The notes under the pieces were generated by a model. It saw only the letters and a list, made by a program, of their open reading frames with translations. It was not told where the DNA came from and did not search any database. Shown here piece by piece: positions 29,236-32,000 of a stretch of 32,000 nucleotides of DNA. Each line of letters begins with the position of its first letter. Position 1 is the stretch's first letter. The stretch comes from Flavobacteriaceae bacterium. Lineage in GTDB: Bacteria; Bacteroidota; Bacteroidia; Flavobacteriales; Flavobacteriaceae. Location: contig OZ245049.1 of the NCBI GenBank assembly GCA_965224465.1, positions 3,870,001-3,902,000 on the forward strand, in the 5' to 3' direction. A program made the position numbers and the translations under genes.

Positions 29236-29966
29236 TGAGTGATTTTTGGAAAAACAAACCTTTAGAAAAAGTGATACGTCACCAAATAGAGTATCACCAA
29301 ATAAAACAAGAGCGAGTAATACCAAACAAGCGCTTAGAAATACAAGAGGCAAATGACCTGTTTTTCGTAAAAAATGTATCAAGTTATATTTCTGGAGCTA
29401 AGTTGTATTTTTTTTTAGGTTTGGGTATAGTTATATTTGTTTATTTGATTACAATAGGCATGCCTAAAGAAAAAATATCATTTCCTCGATATTTAGGGTT
29501 GATTCCTTTTTTATGTATAAGTCTTATCTATTTGATTATGCATTATATGGCGCCAATAAAAGAAATAATATTAGACCGTTTACATGGCAAAATAACGTAT
29601 CCTCGTTTGTTTGGAAATAAAGAACATCGTACCATACAATTTGATTCGTTGCACGTGTATGCTACCATGACCACCACTGGTGATTTTGCTGCGACAGGAA
29701 AAACAATACGCATTAAAGACAGAAAGTACAGTTATACATGGGATTTAGAAAGTAGTAATCCAGATGAATATTGGAGTTTTATGGTGTGGTATATGGATAG
29801 GAACAGACCATTGCCTTCTGGTGCTGCTTTTGATCCGTATAGGAAAAAGGACTTTGAGCGCAGAAAAACTGCGGGATTTCCTAAGCCTTTATATCCAAGC
29901 AATATAGCAACACCTGAATTTACCAAAGCGCAACAAAAAGAACGGAAATTAATTGGAGGATGGTAA
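29235..29966 (+). CDS. Putative immunity protein paralog 2
   Basis: 243-aa ORF. Its C-terminal half is near-identical to paralog 1, its N-terminal ~44 aa are moderately conserved, and aa ~45-105 are divergent. Confidence 0.7.
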   Translation: MSDFWKNKPLEKVIRHQIEYHQIKQERVIPNKRLEIQEANDLFFVKNVSSYISGAKLYFFLGLGIVIFVYLITIGMPKEKISFPRYLGLIPFLCISLIYLIMHYMAPIKEIILDRLHGKITYPRLFGNKEHRTIQFDSLHVYATMTTTGDFAATGKTIRIKDRKYSYTWDLESSNPDEYWSFMVWYMDRNRPLPSGAAFDPYRKKDFERRKTAGFPKPLYPSNIATPEFTKAQQKERKLIGGW

Positions 29967-30184
29967 TAAAATTGCATGCAAAAATTGCCGTATTATGTAA
30001 GTTTAAAGGAAATACAGAAACTATTTTTCCTTTAACACTAGATGATGAGCACGGGTATTTATACACCGCTATGCAAATAGAACAACGCAATGGTGATGGT
30101 TATTTAATTCGTCGTTCTTTTGATGCCATGATTGTCAAAAAAACAGCCTTTTTAAATGCCTACCCACTTCAAAACCCAGAATAA
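29960..30184 (+). other. Orphan effector C-terminal fragment, open 74-codon ORF
   Basis: MVIKLHAKIAVLCKFKGNTETIFPLTLDDEHGYLYTAMQIEQRNGDGYLIRRSFDAMIVKKTAFLNAYPLQNPE matches the last ~70 aa of the 1077-aa protein. The ATG arises from the gga-tgg-taa end of paralog 2. Expression is doubtful. Confidence 0.5.
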
Positions 30185-30563
30185 TGAGTGATTTTTGGAA
30201 AAACAAACCTTTAGAAAAAGTGATACGTCACCAAATAGAGTATCATCAAATAAAACAAGAACGTATAAAACCTAATAAACGCCTAGAGATACAAGAAGCT
30301 AACGATCAATTTTTTGTAACAAATGAAACAGAAGCATTAACCGCTTTTTGGTGCTATTTTAGTATGGGTGTGGGAGGGGTGTTTTTTTTAATTATCGTAC
30401 AATACTTTGGTGTTGGGTTTGTTAATATGGTTACTTTATGGATAGGATTACCTTTTGTTTTATTAGCTTTATTTCATTTAATCATATTCTTTTTAGTACC
30501 AATAAAAGAAATAATATTAGACCGTTTACATGGCAAAATAACGTATCCTCGTTTGTTTGGTAA
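30184..30563 (+). pseudogene. Immunity paralog 3, 5' part, disrupted by IS30-family insertion
   Basis: Reads MSDFWKNKPLEKVIRHQ...ITYPRLFG and then runs into the IS (KLNSSHKRNF stop, track ORF 30184..30594). Confidence 0.85.
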
Positions 30564-31688
30564 GCTGAATTCAAGTCACAAACGCAACTTTTAGTTAAAT
30601 AATAATTGTTCCATTACAAATATAGGGTTTTGATATTTATGTCTCTTCCTAGGTCTGTTATTTAATTTTGTTTCTACCTCTTTGATTCTTTGATCTGTTA
30701 GGTTTGTAAAGTCACTTCCTTTGGCAAAATATTGTCTAATCAAACCATTTAAATTTTCGTTAGATCCTCTTTCCCAAGAGTGATATGGATGCGCAAAAAA
30801 GTAATCAATACATAAATTTTCTGCAACCTGCTCATGGCCTGCAAATTCTTTTCCATTATCAGCTGTTATAGTATGTAGATAAGGCTTCCAGTCTTCTAAT
30901 ATTTCATTGATAGCTTTAGTGACAACAACTGCTTCTTTAGAGCTTACTTTTTTCATTTTAAGCATTCCAGAAGCTCTATCATTTACGGTAAGTATGGCTT
31001 GATTATGGTTTTTACCTATGATTAAATCGACCTCTAAATCTCCAAATCGATTTCTTTGTTCAACAACTTCAGGGCGTTGTTCTATACTAATACGATTCTT
31101 TATAACCCCTCTAGAATCCTTTGATGAGCCACGTTTTCTATATCTCCTTCCCTGTCTGCGAAGGTGTGTATGTAAATCACCATCATTCCTCTTGTCTTCC
31201 CTAATATGCTGATATATACGCTCAATAGACACCGTTTCTTTACCTTGTTTTTTTAGGACACCAACTACTTGCTCAGGACTATAATCGTCTCGCAATAACA
31301 ACTCTATTGCTTGTTGAATATCTTCTGTAAAGCGTTTTCTTTTAGGCTTTTCTTTATGACGTTTAGCATACTTTTTTTGGGCTAATTCATGCTTGTAAAC
31401 TCCATTTCTTTTGTCTGAATTACGCTTAATCTCTTTGCTAATAACAGACTTGTCTTTTCCTATAGCAGCTGCTATCTCAACCTGTTTATAACCTTGTTTT
31501 AACATGCAACAAATTGTGTATCTTTGCGCTTGGGTGATGTGTTTCATACAACTTCTTTTTTCGAGATTTGAGACCGTAAGATACATATCCATCAAGACAA
31601 GAAAGGTAGGTTTTCCTACTTTTCTGTTTTGAAAATATAACCATCATAGAATCAAATCGAAAAGTTGCGTTTATTAGTTGAATTTAAG
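30564..31688 (-). mobile_element. IS30-family insertion sequence (1125 bp)
   Basis: Imperfect 29-bp terminal inverted repeats: gctgaattcaagtcacaaacgcaactttt at the left end and aaaagttgcgtttattagttgaatttaag at the right end, 23/29 matching. TAA is duplicated at 30561-30563 and 31689-31691. Removing the IS and one TAA restores ...ttt ggt aat aaa gag cat..., the sequence of the intact paralogs. Confidence 0.9.
30591..31547 (-). CDS. IS30-family transposase
   Basis: The N-terminal HTH is MKHITQAQRYTICCMLKQGYKQVEIAAAIGKDKSVISKEIKRNS and a DDE-type catalytic core follows (DLIIG...TADNGKEF...SWERGSNEN). The track ORF extends to 31595, but I prefer the ATG at 31547. Confidence 0.88.
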   Translation of the reverse strand: MKHITQAQRYTICCMLKQGYKQVEIAAAIGKDKSVISKEIKRNSDKRNGVYKHELAQKKYAKRHKEKPKRKRFTEDIQQAIELLLRDDYSPEQVVGVLKKQGKETVSIERIYQHIREDKRNDGDLHTHLRRQGRRYRKRGSSKDSRGVIKNRISIEQRPEVVEQRNRFGDLEVDLIIGKNHNQAILTVNDRASGMLKMKKVSSKEAVVVTKAINEILEDWKPYLHTITADNGKEFAGHEQVAENLCIDYFFAHPYHSWERGSNENLNGLIRQYFAKGSDFTNLTDQRIKEVETKLNNRPRKRHKYQNPIFVMEQLLFN

Positions 31689-32000
31689 TAATAAAGAGCA
31701 TCGTACCATACAATTTGATTCGTTGCACGTGTATGCTACCATGACCACCACTGGCGATTTTGCTGCGACAGGAAAAAAAATACGCATTAAAGACAGAAAG
31801 TACAGTTATACATGGGATTTAGAAAGTAGTAATCCAGATGAATATTGGAGTTTTATGGTGTGGTATATGGATAGGAACAGGCCATTGCCTCCTGGTACTG
31901 CTTTTGATCCGTATAGGAAAAAGGACTTTGAGCGCAGAAAAACCGCGGGATTTCCTAAGCCTTTATATCCAAGCAATATAGCAACACCTGAATTTACCAA
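31689..32000 (+). pseudogene. Immunity paralog 3, 3' part (continues past window end)
   Basis: In-frame continuation NKEHRTIQFDSLHVYATMTTTGDFAATGKKIRIKDRKYSYTWDLESSNPDEYWSFMVWYMDRNRPLPPG..., near-identical to paralogs 1 and 2. Confidence 0.85.

Larger units (their letters stand above)
28078..32000 (+). repeat. Tandem array, period 948/949 bp: [effector 3' stub + immunity gene] x at least 3, continuing beyond the window
   Basis: The MSDFWKNKPLEK starts at 28287, 29235 and 30184 are spaced 948 and 949 nt apart. Each is preceded by ~210 bp homologous to 28078-28287. Unit 3 is interrupted by an IS. Confidence 0.9.

Overview
AT-rich window that looks like a Flavobacteriaceae (Bacteroidota) chromosome. 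Supporting signs are TAnnTTTG -7 promoter boxes directly upstream of several genes, no Shine-Dalgarno sites, and a GSCFA/LemA-TPM/M23-MerR gene set. Positions 1-23.4 kb are ordinary housekeeping: ApbE fragment, OmpA-like lipoprotein, sulfatase, gpmI, ankyrin protein, M48 peptidase, long aromatic amino-acid hydroxylase, rhodanese, GSCFA, alaS, M23 peptidase, MerR, LemA plus two TPM proteins, der, MtfA-like peptidase, CPBP protease, era and an initiator-type tRNA-Met. A hairpin-forming intergenic repeat family (about 72, 105 and 160 bp forms) occurs at least 10 times, and every copy I found has the same orientation. Downstream of the tRNA, after a nested cluster of these repeats, lies the accessory region at 24.35-32.0 kb. 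It encodes a PAAR protein with a C-terminal extension and a tightly coupled 1077-aa protein with hydrophobic helical hairpins and no catalytic motif I recognise. I read this large protein as a membrane-targeting T6SS-type effector. A tandem array with a 948/949-bp period follows. Each unit holds a roughly 210-bp stub of the effector 3' end plus a 243-aa two-TM putative immunity gene. The immunity paralogs are nearly identical in the C-terminal part, moderately conserved at the N-terminus and sharply divergent in a roughly 60-codon cassette covering the TM hairpin. The third copy is split by an intact IS30-family element (1125 bp, 29-bp imperfect inverted repeats, TAA target duplication). The array runs off the window end. 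No T6SS structural genes (Hcp, VgrG, TssB/C) are in the window. All functional calls rest on motifs read by eye; no database search was possible.
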